Assembly (NCBI GenBank): GCA_002269645.1
Contig: NIVC01000869.1
Location: 1 to 64,000 of the forward strand
DNA from: Macrostomum lignano
Taxonomy: Eukaryota
Length of the DNA: 64,000 nucleotides
Reading direction: 5' to 3'
Part shown: positions 1-10,271 of the stretch, one piece after another
Layout of the letters: the number at the start of each line of letters is the position of its first letter
How positions within the stretch are numbered: the stretch's first letter is position 1
The notes under the pieces: generated by a model
Told to the model about the DNA's origin: nothing
Seen by the model: the letters and a program-made list of their open reading frames with translations, nothing else
The model's database searches: none
Position numbers and translations under genes: made by a program

Positions 1-166
1 GAATTAGCAGTGCATAATCTGAGTGATGGGTGTGCTTTTTTTCTGAGTGGTGTGGTCTGATTAAATTTTTCTATACTCAAACTAATATTTGCGATTTCAG
101 TTTTGAAATAAAGAAAAAGTCGATCGAAGTCTGATTTTCAGGTATATTGATAAAAATGCATGCATC

Positions 167-648
167 TCAATACGTGACGTTTTGCATACAAATTATTACA
201 TTTTTGTTCAGCTGTCGTCTTTTTATTTTATTTTTGAAACATATGGTTATTATCACAGAAAACGGACAAGAGCTGGTCTCCGGTAGAGCGCGGTCTCCAC
301 CTGATACAATGCGCTGGTTGATGCTCACGATTACATCTGAGAATGCCGTAGACAGGACAAAGTTTTCTGGGTGCACCCCACTGTCTCTGCGCTCAGTGAC
401 AACTCCATCGGCATTTCGAACCTCCTCCATCATCAAAGTCCCGCCAAGCCGGACTAGGCGACAGCGAATATACAGGAATGACTCAGCAGATCAGCGTACT
501 CATCAGCCGATGAATGGCAGTCGAATTCAATTGGTGAGTTAGCAGTAATAGAGTTCACGGGGTGAATATCAACGTATGGATTTTCAATGGCAGTCTGCAG
601 CACGGGGGACTTGAACAAATCGAGTCTCGGGTTAAATCCATAAGCCAT
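167..648 (-). pseudogene. Polinton/Maverick major capsid protein N-terminal remnant (frameshifted)
   Basis: MAYGFNPRLDLFKSPVLQTAIENPYVDIHPVNSITANSPIEFDCHSSADEYADL and FSDVIVSINQRIVS resemble the LDLF..P..QT.I...P......PIEF.....Y.DL start of Polinton capsids. Split over two frames and collinear with the penton and integrase remnants at 11.9-14.0 kb. Confidence 0.65.
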
Positions 649-1094
649 TGCTACGCTCGTATGAGAGGTGCGAGTGGATACGACGGTCCTCTGTACAGCA
701 AGTTTATTTGTGCAGTACAGAAAATATAAAAGCAAAACAAAATTTCATGCAGCGCGAGAAAGGTGAGGCAGGCTGAGTAAAAGCTAGGTGATATAAACCT
801 CACGGCGGAGGGGTGCAGTGCAGAGGGGGGTTGACTTGGGGTGGGTGTTTACAACGAATCAGCAAACGCCGATTGGACACGTCTTACTCTTTTCTTCTTT
901 CTCGTCTGCTTCTTACTGCCCTATTTGATTAGTCGCTGCTTTGGTCTGTTTCTATTGCTTCTGCTGTTTCTGCTGCTGCTGCCGCTGGTGGTGATATGGG
1001 CTGGCTTTGATAGCAATAATGACTGTGTGGAAGCTTCTGGAGGAGGCTGGTAAGTCATGATTCCTGGAAAACTCCCACAGCCATAGAGCGCCGG

Positions 1095-1958
1095 TGTAGA
1101 GTGTTCTACCTCCCGTTAAAAAAGGTAAAAAGAAGATAATCGTATAATGCTACTATAAGTAAGTAAGTACACGCATGTGCGCCTAAGCTTTGAATGAATC
1201 ACGCTACCAGAAAAAGATGTTACCAGAATAATACGCCATGAGCCATTTTCCCCTTTTAGCGCAACACGTGAATTGTCATGATACTATTTTGGATCAAAAA
1301 CTTGTCTATAAATACAAGCGATCTGAAGCGGTACCGGAGCCATTCTCCCCACGGAAGAGGAGCGCTCCGAAGAGGAAGCCTTAGGAGGACTTCCTGATCT
1401 ACCAAGTCAATCGAGACTCGGTCGAGTTGTTGCGGTAAGCCTTCCTTATTTGCGCCCGTTGTGTTAGAGACGTCTCGCTCAAGTCTATTGAGACTTGAGT
1501 CTAATTGAGTCTGTTGAGACTCTTGAGTCTGTTTAGACTCCATTGGTTGCAGTCTCCAGAAGGACTGCCCCTGATAGATCTTAGAGGACTATCAGTGGTT
1601 TCCGGAGCTATACCTAGAGTGCATAGAGGCACTGCTAGAAGAAGGAGGCTTAATTTAGACCGCAGTTTGGCGCAGGGTACCCATTGTTGCTACGAGGCCT
1701 CTGATTGGTCCTGACGGAAGATACCGGCCGGAAGAACTTATCGGAAGTACAAGAGGAACCAGGACCAGAGCAACTGAAGAATCAAGGCGCCTGATCTACG
1801 AGATCTACTGACAAGTTCCTAGCGAGAACTACTCAAGAAATTCAAATCCGGATTAAAGGTAATTGAATACCTTCGTTTGACTTACTGGGTTGCCTAGCTG
1901 TTGAGCTAGAAGTGATTGTTCCTTGATTATCGAAAGTCGGGTAATAAGGAACACATCA
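1095..1958 (+). repeat. 5' LTR (864 bp)
   Basis: Starts TGTAGAGTG and ends ACACATCA. Repeated at an offset of 9740; the only difference I noticed is A1416 vs G11156. Confidence 0.97.
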
Positions 1959-1960
1959 AT

Positions 1961-1978
1961 TGGTGATCTCGCCCTCTC
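1961..1978 (+). promoter_or_regulatory. Candidate primer-binding site (tRNA unassigned)
   Basis: TGGTGATCTCGCCCTCTC begins 2 nt after the LTR end; TGG is complementary to the tRNA CCA end. Confidence 0.6.
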
Positions 1979-2674
1979 GGCACTACTCAAACCTTGAGCA
2001 ATAGCCTGGCCAAGCTATTGTAAAGTGACGACAGAGCGACTTCATTAATTTTGCGCGCACGTGTTAGAGTTAACACTTTTTAAGTCCGTTACGTTTTGAA
2101 ACTCGAGTAAAATTTGGTGTACAGGTTTGAGCACCTGTCAAATTTGAGTACAGTTTGAGCACGCGTGTTAAAATTTTGTTTTGACGAGCTCGAGCAAGTG
2201 TGAGTTTAAAACAAAACCGAAATTAACTTCGTCGGTACACTGAAAACAAACCAAAAATAAAAAGAATCGTCGACGCAAAACAAACAAAAAATAACTGAAA
2301 CATTTTGCCGGCACAAAAACTAAAACAAAACCGAAATTAATTGAAACTTCGTGGAGAGCAGAGTTAATTGACAAAAGAGAGAGAGTCAAAGAAGAGAAGA
2401 AAGACTTTGCAAAGCAAGAAGACAAGTCCACTTCAACTTGAAGATACACTTTGCGGGACGCCGCATAAGTGCGAAATCAGCAAGCGAACAGAACAAGTTC
2501 ATTTGAGGACAACCAGTGGCAGCAAGCCACACCGCATCCGAGGCCAGCGAATAACAAATCGACACCACAAGGCAATTCGTTACAGTCGAGGTTTATTCCG
2601 AGGCAAACACCACACTGGACGATCCGTTACAAATCGATCCAGATCTTGAACTACCGTTCTACCCTATCAACAAC

Positions 2675-3850
2675 ATGGCGCGGCGCAATCCAACGGTACA
2701 CAGAGACATCAAAGAAACGGTCGGTACTTTCTCGATGGAGAAAGATTTTAACACATTTGTCGACCATTTTGACCTGGTATGTAGGGAATACAACCTACAA
2801 AATCCAGAGAAGGCACAGCTGCTGCCACCTCTTCTCCAAGGTACTGCGCGAGAAATTTACGGCAAGCTGGATGCGGCAACACAGCAAAATTATCCAGCAC
2901 TAATCATTCAACTGCGCGCGCATTTCAACCGTTGCGGCACAAACAGATCAGTGCTGCTGCACAAGTTGCATAACAGAAGGATGCAAGCAACAGAATCCTT
3001 CCTCGCCTTTGTGGACGATATCCGCCAGATAATTAAGGCACTGCATCAGCCACCGCTGCAAGCTGCGGACCAACCACCACTGGGAGCGGCAGAATTGGCC
3101 GCCAGAGAAAGACAACGATTGATGGATCGTGAACAAAACCTCATCCTGCACGTAATAAACAACGCACAGCCGTCACTTCGGGATAGACTTTTGCGTGAAA
3201 ATATCGAAACCGAAGAAGACCTTTTGCGTTGCGGAATGCAATGGGAAGCCAGTGCCCCATTAATGACGACAGGCAACAATGAAGTGCAGAAACTGACGCA
3301 GCAATTAAACAAGTTAATGCAGCACCAGACAGCTGCTATCGCCGAACAAAAAAGACGAAATGAACAAGCCTCAGCCAGATGTTACTACTGCGGACAAGAA
3401 GGACATTATCAGATTAATTGTCCTCATTGGTCAACAAGATACGACAAGCCGCGACAGATATTCAACAATCAGAAGCCGCAGAAACCATGGCAGCACTATC
3501 AAAATCGCCAACAACAAGGAATGAGACGCTTCGGAAATGATAGACGCTTCGGAAATAATGACCGCTCCGGAAATGATGGCCGCTTCGGAAACGAAGGCCG
3601 CTTCAGAAGTAATGGCTACAGGCCACGCAACGTCAGATACACACAAAGACAGCCGACGCAAGCAATGCCACGATACGCGAATGCCATCACGTACACACCG
3701 GAAAATGAACAGCAAGAACAGCAAGTGTTCACAATTGACGACTTGGAAATGGACTTCACAGTCCCGGAACTTGACATCAGCTTGATCGAAAAGAAGACGA
3801 CGCACGAGGACAACACTGACAACACGAAGAGACGAATGAAACCGAAATGA
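2675..3850 (+). CDS. gag: Gag (capsid, CCHC zinc knuckle, RFG-rich basic tail)
   Basis: 391-aa ORF with CYYCGQEGHYQINC (C-x2-C-x4-H-x4-C, 3380-3421) and a Gypsy-like capsid N-terminus. Confidence 0.9.
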   Translation: MARRNPTVHRDIKETVGTFSMEKDFNTFVDHFDLVCREYNLQNPEKAQLLPPLLQGTAREIYGKLDAATQQNYPALIIQLRAHFNRCGTNRSVLLHKLHNRRMQATESFLAFVDDIRQIIKALHQPPLQAADQPPLGAAELAARERQRLMDREQNLILHVINNAQPSLRDRLLRENIETEEDLLRCGMQWEASAPLMTTGNNEVQKLTQQLNKLMQHQTAAIAEQKRRNEQASARCYYCGQEGHYQINCPHWSTRYDKPRQIFNNQKPQKPWQHYQNRQQQGMRRFGNDRRFGNNDRSGNDGRFGNEGRFRSNGYRPRNVRYTQRQPTQAMPRYANAITYTPENEQQEQQVFTIDDLEMDFTVPELDISLIEKKTTHEDNTDNTKRRMKPK

Positions 3851-4548
3851 TCAAATTAAAAGAGACCACCGGAGACAGCAGAGAAAACAGGAAGAAAGTA
3901 AATCACAAGACAAGGGAGGAGGCGGAGAGCGACATCGGCAACGAAGAAAAGATGAAAACCGGCGAAGAAAACAACTATGAATCGACAACAGTGGATGACG
4001 ACAAAACGAGCATGAAAGACAAAGAAATGAAAGAAGAAGAAGAATGTAGAAGTTACGGCAACGACCACGACTGCGAGGTGCGTGATGACACGAACGACTA
4101 CCAAGCCGAAAGAGGAATGCAGGAAGAACCGAGAGCGGAGAATCTAAGTTCCGACAGCGATCAAGGCTACGAAATACAATGGAAAGATGAAGAAATGGAA
4201 AAAGAACAGGTGAAAGAAAAGCCGAGTTCCGACAGCGACGAATGCTACGAGATCCGATACAAACGAAATGGTGAAGCCTATATTCAAACGGTCGACTACA
4301 AGACAGAGAAAAGATACCAAACGCAATGGAGTGAAACAACGGAAACATCGGAAGAAGCCGCAGACGAAGATAATGAAATAACCAAAAAGCAAAGCGAATC
4401 AGAAGCCTTCCGCCTGGATCAGCCAATGGAACAACCGAAAGAATATGATGCGGACATGGAAGATAACGAATGGCGATCGCAGCCAATGCAGCAAGGACAA
4501 CGGCAAAATCCAAGAAGTGGAAAAACTGGCTATTCTGGATCATCGTGA
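3847..4548 (+). CDS. Acidic low-complexity spacer ORF between Gag and Env (probably part of the polyprotein)
   Basis: 233-aa E/D/K-rich ORF in the -1 frame from gag; its ATG overlaps the gag stop (ATGA, 3847-3850). Confidence 0.55.
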   Translation: MIKLKETTGDSRENRKKVNHKTREEAESDIGNEEKMKTGEENNYESTTVDDDKTSMKDKEMKEEEECRSYGNDHDCEVRDDTNDYQAERGMQEEPRAENLSSDSDQGYEIQWKDEEMEKEQVKEKPSSDSDECYEIRYKRNGEAYIQTVDYKTEKRYQTQWSETTETSEEAADEDNEITKKQSESEAFRLDQPMEQPKEYDADMEDNEWRSQPMQQGQRQNPRSGKTGYSGSS

Positions 4549-6380
4549 TACTACTGATAGCAGTAGTCGCCAAAGCAACGGCAACGGAAAAGCCAATGAT
4601 TTGTCCAACGGATGCGCATATCCAACCGATGATCTACAAGATACCAACCGACATCAAATGCAGTTACTTCAAGACAAACCAGACAAAACCAAAGAAGATT
4701 ACACTCGATCTCTACAAGGCTAACATCAAGAAGCATCGACAACACGGGATAGTATGCTTCAGAGACAAGCACCTGGTGGAAAAAGTTTGCGCGGACAATG
4801 GAACCGGATCCGATTTAAACAACATGAGCTACATGTGTCGCACGCGGAATGCCTACAATGGAATCAAACACTATTTTCAAAGGATGGTGAACTGGAACCA
4901 GATGAGAAGGTCGGCAACGCACAGCTGTTCAGAACAAAGAATTCAGCCAACGGTCGATATATTCACTTCTTCGGAAAATGGAAAGAATATATGGCACGCA
5001 ACAGCTACTTGATCAGAAATATTCCATTCTACTACAATCCGTACGAGAAAATGGAATCGTTACAGCTGCAACTAAGCGAATGTCGATACAGTGAAGGATG
5101 GTGTCCAACGCCGATTCTACGGAAGGAAGAACTACACAGTCTACCACTGAGTCCAACATATCATCAAGACTATCGATGGCAGATTGAGCACAGAGCACAA
5201 TCACACTATGAGGAACCGTACAAATCACGACAATATTTCTTCGCATGGAAAGTAGAGCCGGAAATTGACTGCAAGCTTCAAAAGTATCACAAAGTGGAAG
5301 GAGGACTACTGTCGAATACGTTTTTGGCAAAGCAGGAGACTTGGCCTTGACGTTTCAAAAGAAGCCGGTTGAACAGGAACTCAAATGCAAGGATACGGAC
5401 AAGACGCTATTCATCTCGGAGCAAGAAATACCAGTCTACGTGAAGGATGGTGACAAACAAACCTTCCTGGCAATCATAAACGGAACATATCAGCAACAAG
5501 AGAGACAACGACGCGACATAGAACGTCCACGATTGGTGTCAAACCGACTGCTGTCAGCAAAGATCACGGCGCTGGATCACAACCTGCATAACCAGCTTAA
5601 CCACTTACATCGGTCACTGGTTCAGCTGACTTGCAAAATGCACGCAATCAACTTGAACTACGCAAGACAGAACTACTATGTCAACCCTACGATGACATTT
5701 CGCAAGATCACGGAATGAGAGAAGTTCTAGCAATTCCGATATATGGCATCTCCTGATATACAAGTGCACGCCGATACAGCACTTCAACATCTTACCGTCG
5801 AACACTCCAACAACTTGCTACGACAAGCCGAGAATTGAAGCATTCTACGAAGGCAAAAGGATACAAGGATTCTTGGACACGGTACACAACATCATCGTTG
5901 GAACCGCAATACCAAGACCTTGCACCACTGCAGCAAACTACTATCAACTGGACGATGCACTACATGTCATTACAACGACAGGAACGACAGCAACATCACA
6001 GAACCGAGTGATTGTCGATGAAACGTACGACATGGAGGATTTGAAGATACGATTCAACAGAACGAAGTACACACCATTCGCCGATATCCAACTCGATGAG
6101 ATAACGCCAGGATGGACCATCAACGACTTCTTACAAGCGTTCATCACTCAACGAAAGATGATTCGTCAACTCTTCACACGAGAGAATAAGGAACAGGCAC
6201 AAGCAGTTTCCCGTCCTTGTGTCGATGGACAACGCCATCCAATCGTTTTGGACAAACAGCTTCTTGGAGCTGCTTAACGGAAGAGGCAGCCTATATCAAG
6301 GCTTCATCTTCTACAGCGCCTGCGTTGTTTGGATAGTCACGACGATCTTTATCATCTCGTCGATAGTACGATGCTTCAGC
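4470..6380 (+). pseudogene. env: Envelope/fusion glycoprotein-like gene, frameshifted in this sequence
   Basis: Hydrophobic signal/anchor WLFWIIVILLIAVVAKATA (4527-4586), Cys-rich ectodomain in consecutive overlapping ORFs, furin-type RQRR (5503-5514), N-glycosylation sequons (NQT, NGT), and second TM FIFYSACVVWIVTTIFIISSIV (6303-6368). Confidence 0.75.
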
Positions 6381-9300
6381 AACACTTGTCCCACAGCGAA
6401 ACGAACAGTGAACGCCATCATGCAGAAGATACCAAGGGAAGAAGACAACAACTTGGAATTGACAGAGGATGCACGTCAAGAAACTCAAGGACAGCCGACA
6501 CCATCAACGCGAATGTATCCATCGATTCCGACAACACCAACAGCACCGAGAATTCAGCCACCTACTTATCAGCCTGAACAACACGAGCCAAAATGGCCGG
6601 AAAACTACGTCTGCACGCTACACGCCGAGATTGGCAAAGCAATGGCTCAGGTCATTGTCAACAACTTGCCATGTCGAGCACTACTGGATTCAGGCAGCTC
6701 GATCACAGTCATCTCGCAACAATTATGCAACAAGCTACGACTCGCGGTACGACCAGCAGCAATCGCAGTTGCAGGAGCAGGAGGACATTCGCTCAACATC
6801 CTAGGAAAAGCAGATATTGACTTGAAAATTGCTAATAAACAGCTGACGGTCCCGACGTACATCATCGACAGACTACCAAACCAAGACGTCATCGTTGGAA
6901 TAGACACGTTCAAACAGCTTCGACTACCATTGACCTTCGACTTCAACAAGCAAACGTTTAGGATCGACGCGGTGGAGCAACCACTGATCAATCAGATTCG
7001 AGTACTACCGAAAGTAACTCTGCAGCAAGATGTCATCATCCAGCCTGAAAGCGCATGCTGGGTCAGAGCGAAAACGACCAGCGCGGCAGATGAAGCAATG
7101 ATATTTGATCCACACAGGAGAGTCACGGCAAAACATCAAATCATGATGCCTACGGCACTAGTGCTGGTTGCAAAGGATAAGCAACTGCCAGTACAAATCT
7201 TCAACCCGAACACAGAAACGGTTCATCTACGACAAGGAATGTGCATCGGTCATCTCAACACCCAAGCATCGGTTATGCTGATTGAACAAGCGACTCCACG
7301 ACTAACAGAGGAAGAATTTCAAAAGAAGATCAATTTGGATGACAGCCCGATTACGGAACAGCAAAAGAGGAAAGTTCGACAGCTGTTGTGGAAGTACAAC
7401 GAAGCCTTCTGCCATCATGATTACGACATCGGACGAGCCAAGGACATCAAACAGGAAATCAAACTTCTGCCGCACACGGAACCAATTCAGTGCAAGCCGT
7501 ACCCGATCGCCAAGCATCTGCAACAACACTTTGACGAAATCATCGATAAAATGCTAAAGCACGGCATCATCAGCAAAGCTATTTCGGCTTACTCCTCACC
7601 GTGCCTACTGGTACAGAAGAAGGAGACAAACGAAAGACGACTCGTATGCGACTTCAGACTGTTGAACAAGTACATACCGACGGATCAGCAAAGCCTACCG
7701 AAGATCTCCGAACTACTAGCAAAGCTCAACACGGCAAAATTGTTCACGGTGTTCGACCTACGTCATGGATTTTGGCAAATTGAAATCGAGAAAGAGTCAC
7801 GACAGTACACGGCTTTCAAAACCTACAATGGACAAGTATACGAGTACAATCGATCGCCGATGGGACTTAGCAACAGCCCAGCAACGATGAGTCGACTAAC
7901 AGCATACATGCTAGCAGGATGCACGAACCTGCTGCACTATGTCGACGACATTTTAGCCTACGGAGAGGATTTCGAGCGACTCTACGAAGCTACGGAGAAG
8001 GCCCTAGCGCTCATTCAACGCCAAGGTCTGAAGCTACAACCAACTAAATGCAAATTCTTCCGAGACAACGTGCGTTACCTGGGACATCAGGTGACAGCCA
8101 AAGGAATCTCACCGGACCCAGACAACGTGGAAAAGGTGAAGAAGTTTCCTACGCCAACCAGTATAACGAAGGTCCAATCATTCCTTGGACTTGCGCAATA
8201 CTTCAGGAAGTTCTTACCTAACTTCGCAAAGACAGCAAAGCCACTGTACGACCTGCTCAAGTTCGACAAATGGAAGCAAGACAACTGGACACAGAGACAA
8301 CAGGAAAGTTTCGACGAAATCAAACGACAGCTGACATCAGACGCACTGCTACAGCATCCGGACTTCGACAAGCCCTTCATCATCGAGACAGACGCCTCAG
8401 GAACGGGACTCGGAGCAGTCCTACTACAGGAAACCGAGGACAAGAAGGAACGACCTATTGCCTACGTCAGTCGAGCACTCAAACCAAATGAAACAAAGTG
8501 GTCAGCTACGGAACGAGAGCTACTAGGAGTCTTGTTCGCCCTGCGACAGTTTCATTACTACATCTATGGTTCTCCAATACAGACGATAGTACGCACGGAT
8601 CATGCACCATTGACCTACGTCGTAACTACAAAAGGACAGACCAACAACCGACTCATCAGGATGACACTCAAGATCCAGGATTACAACTACAAGCTCGTCT
8701 ACAAACCAGGAATTACCAACAAAGCCGCGGACGCCCTGTCAAGAGCCTATGAAGTCAACGCCATTCATCCAATCCCTAACATCAAGGAGCTGGTGGATGA
8801 AACCGAGCGCGACAACTTCTACCAAGCGGTTAAAGACGACGACAAGAACATCAAACTCAGTCCCATGGAACGAAAATTCCTACGCAAGCAACGACAACAC
8901 CTAACAATCAATAAGTCACGGCTCTACTGGATGAGCGACAATAAACCCAAGATCTACATACCATATTCGTTTCGGCAAGCAATTCTCAACGAGCTACACG
9001 ACAACCCACTCGCTGGACACCTGTCGGCAGCAAAGACCATCGCGAGAGTGGAACAATACTACTTTTGGCCAACTATGTACGGCGACATCAAGCAGTATTG
9101 CAACAACTGCCATTCATGTGCTGCATCAAAGACAGGACGACGACAGAAACCGCAGCTACAGTCCATTCCGAAGTCGACTACAATGGACTGTCTAAGCATC
9201 GACATCACCGGACCGCTACCACCGAGCTGTCTCCAGGGCATCGCCTACACCTACATTCTAACCGCCTTGGATATCTTCTCGAAGTTTGCTATCGCCATAC

Positions 9301-10151
9301 CGATACCGGACATCACAGCTCAGACAGTGGCAATGAGTTTCTTCAACGAAATCATTTGCAAGTACGGCACGCCGAAGAACCTCACATCGGACAACGGATC
9401 GCAGTTTACATCGCAACTGTTTCAGCAAGTCGTAAGGATTCTCAACATTACGCAGATCTACACATCGACCTACAATCCGAAGGCAAACATGGTTGAACGG
9501 TTTCACCGCAACCTGCACGAGATGATTACACATTTCGCGCACCAACAGCCGGAAGACTGGATCATCTACCTGCAATCTGTAACAATGGCCTACAACAGCG
9601 CTATTCATCGATCAACGGACAATACGCCATTCTTCCTAATGTTTGGACGAGACTTCCAACCGCCGAATCTGCTCGCACAGCAATTGCTACCATCGCAGTA
9701 CGTGGAAGTACCGACTTCCATTCAGAAATTCGTCACGCAACTACACCTCGCATGGAAGATCGCCAAGCACAACATTGACAACCAGGTGGCTCTGACCACC
9801 GGCAACGACGCGAGATCGACAACCCTGACGGCCGGCGACATCGTCTACCTACACTACCCGCCACAGCAGACGCATAAACATGCACAGAAGTACAAAGGAC
9901 CCTATCGAGTGGTCCAACTAACGTCACCAACAACGGCACGCCTGGCTAATGTACAAGATCCACATCAGCACCAGTTCTACGTACACATTCATCGACTAAA
10001 GAAGATCAACACTGACACAGCGACGTTTCTACCGACATTAGACAACGCTGATCGCACGCGTTCAACGAACCGCCACATCGCGACGAAGCACGAGGAGACT
10101 CAAACGACAGATGTGAGCCAGCCACATGGCTACAACCTACGACCACGCTAG
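6219..10151 (+). CDS. pol: Pol polyprotein (Env TM/tail-protease-RT-RNase H-integrase)
   Basis: Uninterrupted 1310-aa ORF: LLDSGS protease (Asp codon 6687), YVDD RT (7938-7949), ETDASGTGLGAVL RNase H, HHCC, DITGP/DNGSQF/ERFHR integrase and a GPY motif. Confidence 0.97.
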   Translation: MSMDNAIQSFWTNSFLELLNGRGSLYQGFIFYSACVVWIVTTIFIISSIVRCFSNTCPTAKRTVNAIMQKIPREEDNNLELTEDARQETQGQPTPSTRMYPSIPTTPTAPRIQPPTYQPEQHEPKWPENYVCTLHAEIGKAMAQVIVNNLPCRALLDSGSSITVISQQLCNKLRLAVRPAAIAVAGAGGHSLNILGKADIDLKIANKQLTVPTYIIDRLPNQDVIVGIDTFKQLRLPLTFDFNKQTFRIDAVEQPLINQIRVLPKVTLQQDVIIQPESACWVRAKTTSAADEAMIFDPHRRVTAKHQIMMPTALVLVAKDKQLPVQIFNPNTETVHLRQGMCIGHLNTQASVMLIEQATPRLTEEEFQKKINLDDSPITEQQKRKVRQLLWKYNEAFCHHDYDIGRAKDIKQEIKLLPHTEPIQCKPYPIAKHLQQHFDEIIDKMLKHGIISKAISAYSSPCLLVQKKETNERRLVCDFRLLNKYIPTDQQSLPKISELLAKLNTAKLFTVFDLRHGFWQIEIEKESRQYTAFKTYNGQVYEYNRSPMGLSNSPATMSRLTAYMLAGCTNLLHYVDDILAYGEDFERLYEATEKALALIQRQGLKLQPTKCKFFRDNVRYLGHQVTAKGISPDPDNVEKVKKFPTPTSITKVQSFLGLAQYFRKFLPNFAKTAKPLYDLLKFDKWKQDNWTQRQQESFDEIKRQLTSDALLQHPDFDKPFIIETDASGTGLGAVLLQETEDKKERPIAYVSRALKPNETKWSATERELLGVLFALRQFHYYIYGSPIQTIVRTDHAPLTYVVTTKGQTNNRLIRMTLKIQDYNYKLVYKPGITNKAADALSRAYEVNAIHPIPNIKELVDETERDNFYQAVKDDDKNIKLSPMERKFLRKQRQHLTINKSRLYWMSDNKPKIYIPYSFRQAILNELHDNPLAGHLSAAKTIARVEQYYFWPTMYGDIKQYCNNCHSCAASKTGRRQKPQLQSIPKSTTMDCLSIDITGPLPPSCLQGIAYTYILTALDIFSKFAIAIPIPDITAQTVAMSFFNEIICKYGTPKNLTSDNGSQFTSQLFQQVVRILNITQIYTSTYNPKANMVERFHRNLHEMITHFAHQQPEDWIIYLQSVTMAYNSAIHRSTDNTPFFLMFGRDFQPPNLLAQQLLPSQYVEVPTSIQKFVTQLHLAWKIAKHNIDNQVALTTGNDARSTTLTAGDIVYLHYPPQQTHKHAQKYKGPYRVVQLTSPTTARLANVQDPHQHQFYVHIHRLKKINTDTATFLPTLDNADRTRSTNRHIATKHEETQTTDVSQPHGYNLRPR

Positions 10152-10271
10152 AGTTTAGAGAACAACCCCGTGTAGTGACCGGGATAAAGAATAGCACTAC
10201 AGCTTCGCAAGCTTGTCGTAAAAGGCGACTAATCCGAGCGACACAAAGACAGCGACAAATTGACAACAATT

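Noticed and set aside
1256-1543. 95-aa antisense ORF present in both LTRs
   Set aside because: It is duplicated only because the LTRs are; low complexity and no recognisable domain.
7000-7260. dUTPase-like beta-rich segment between protease and RT
   Set aside because: No catalytic dUTPase motifs are visible, and such linkers are common in Gypsy Pol.
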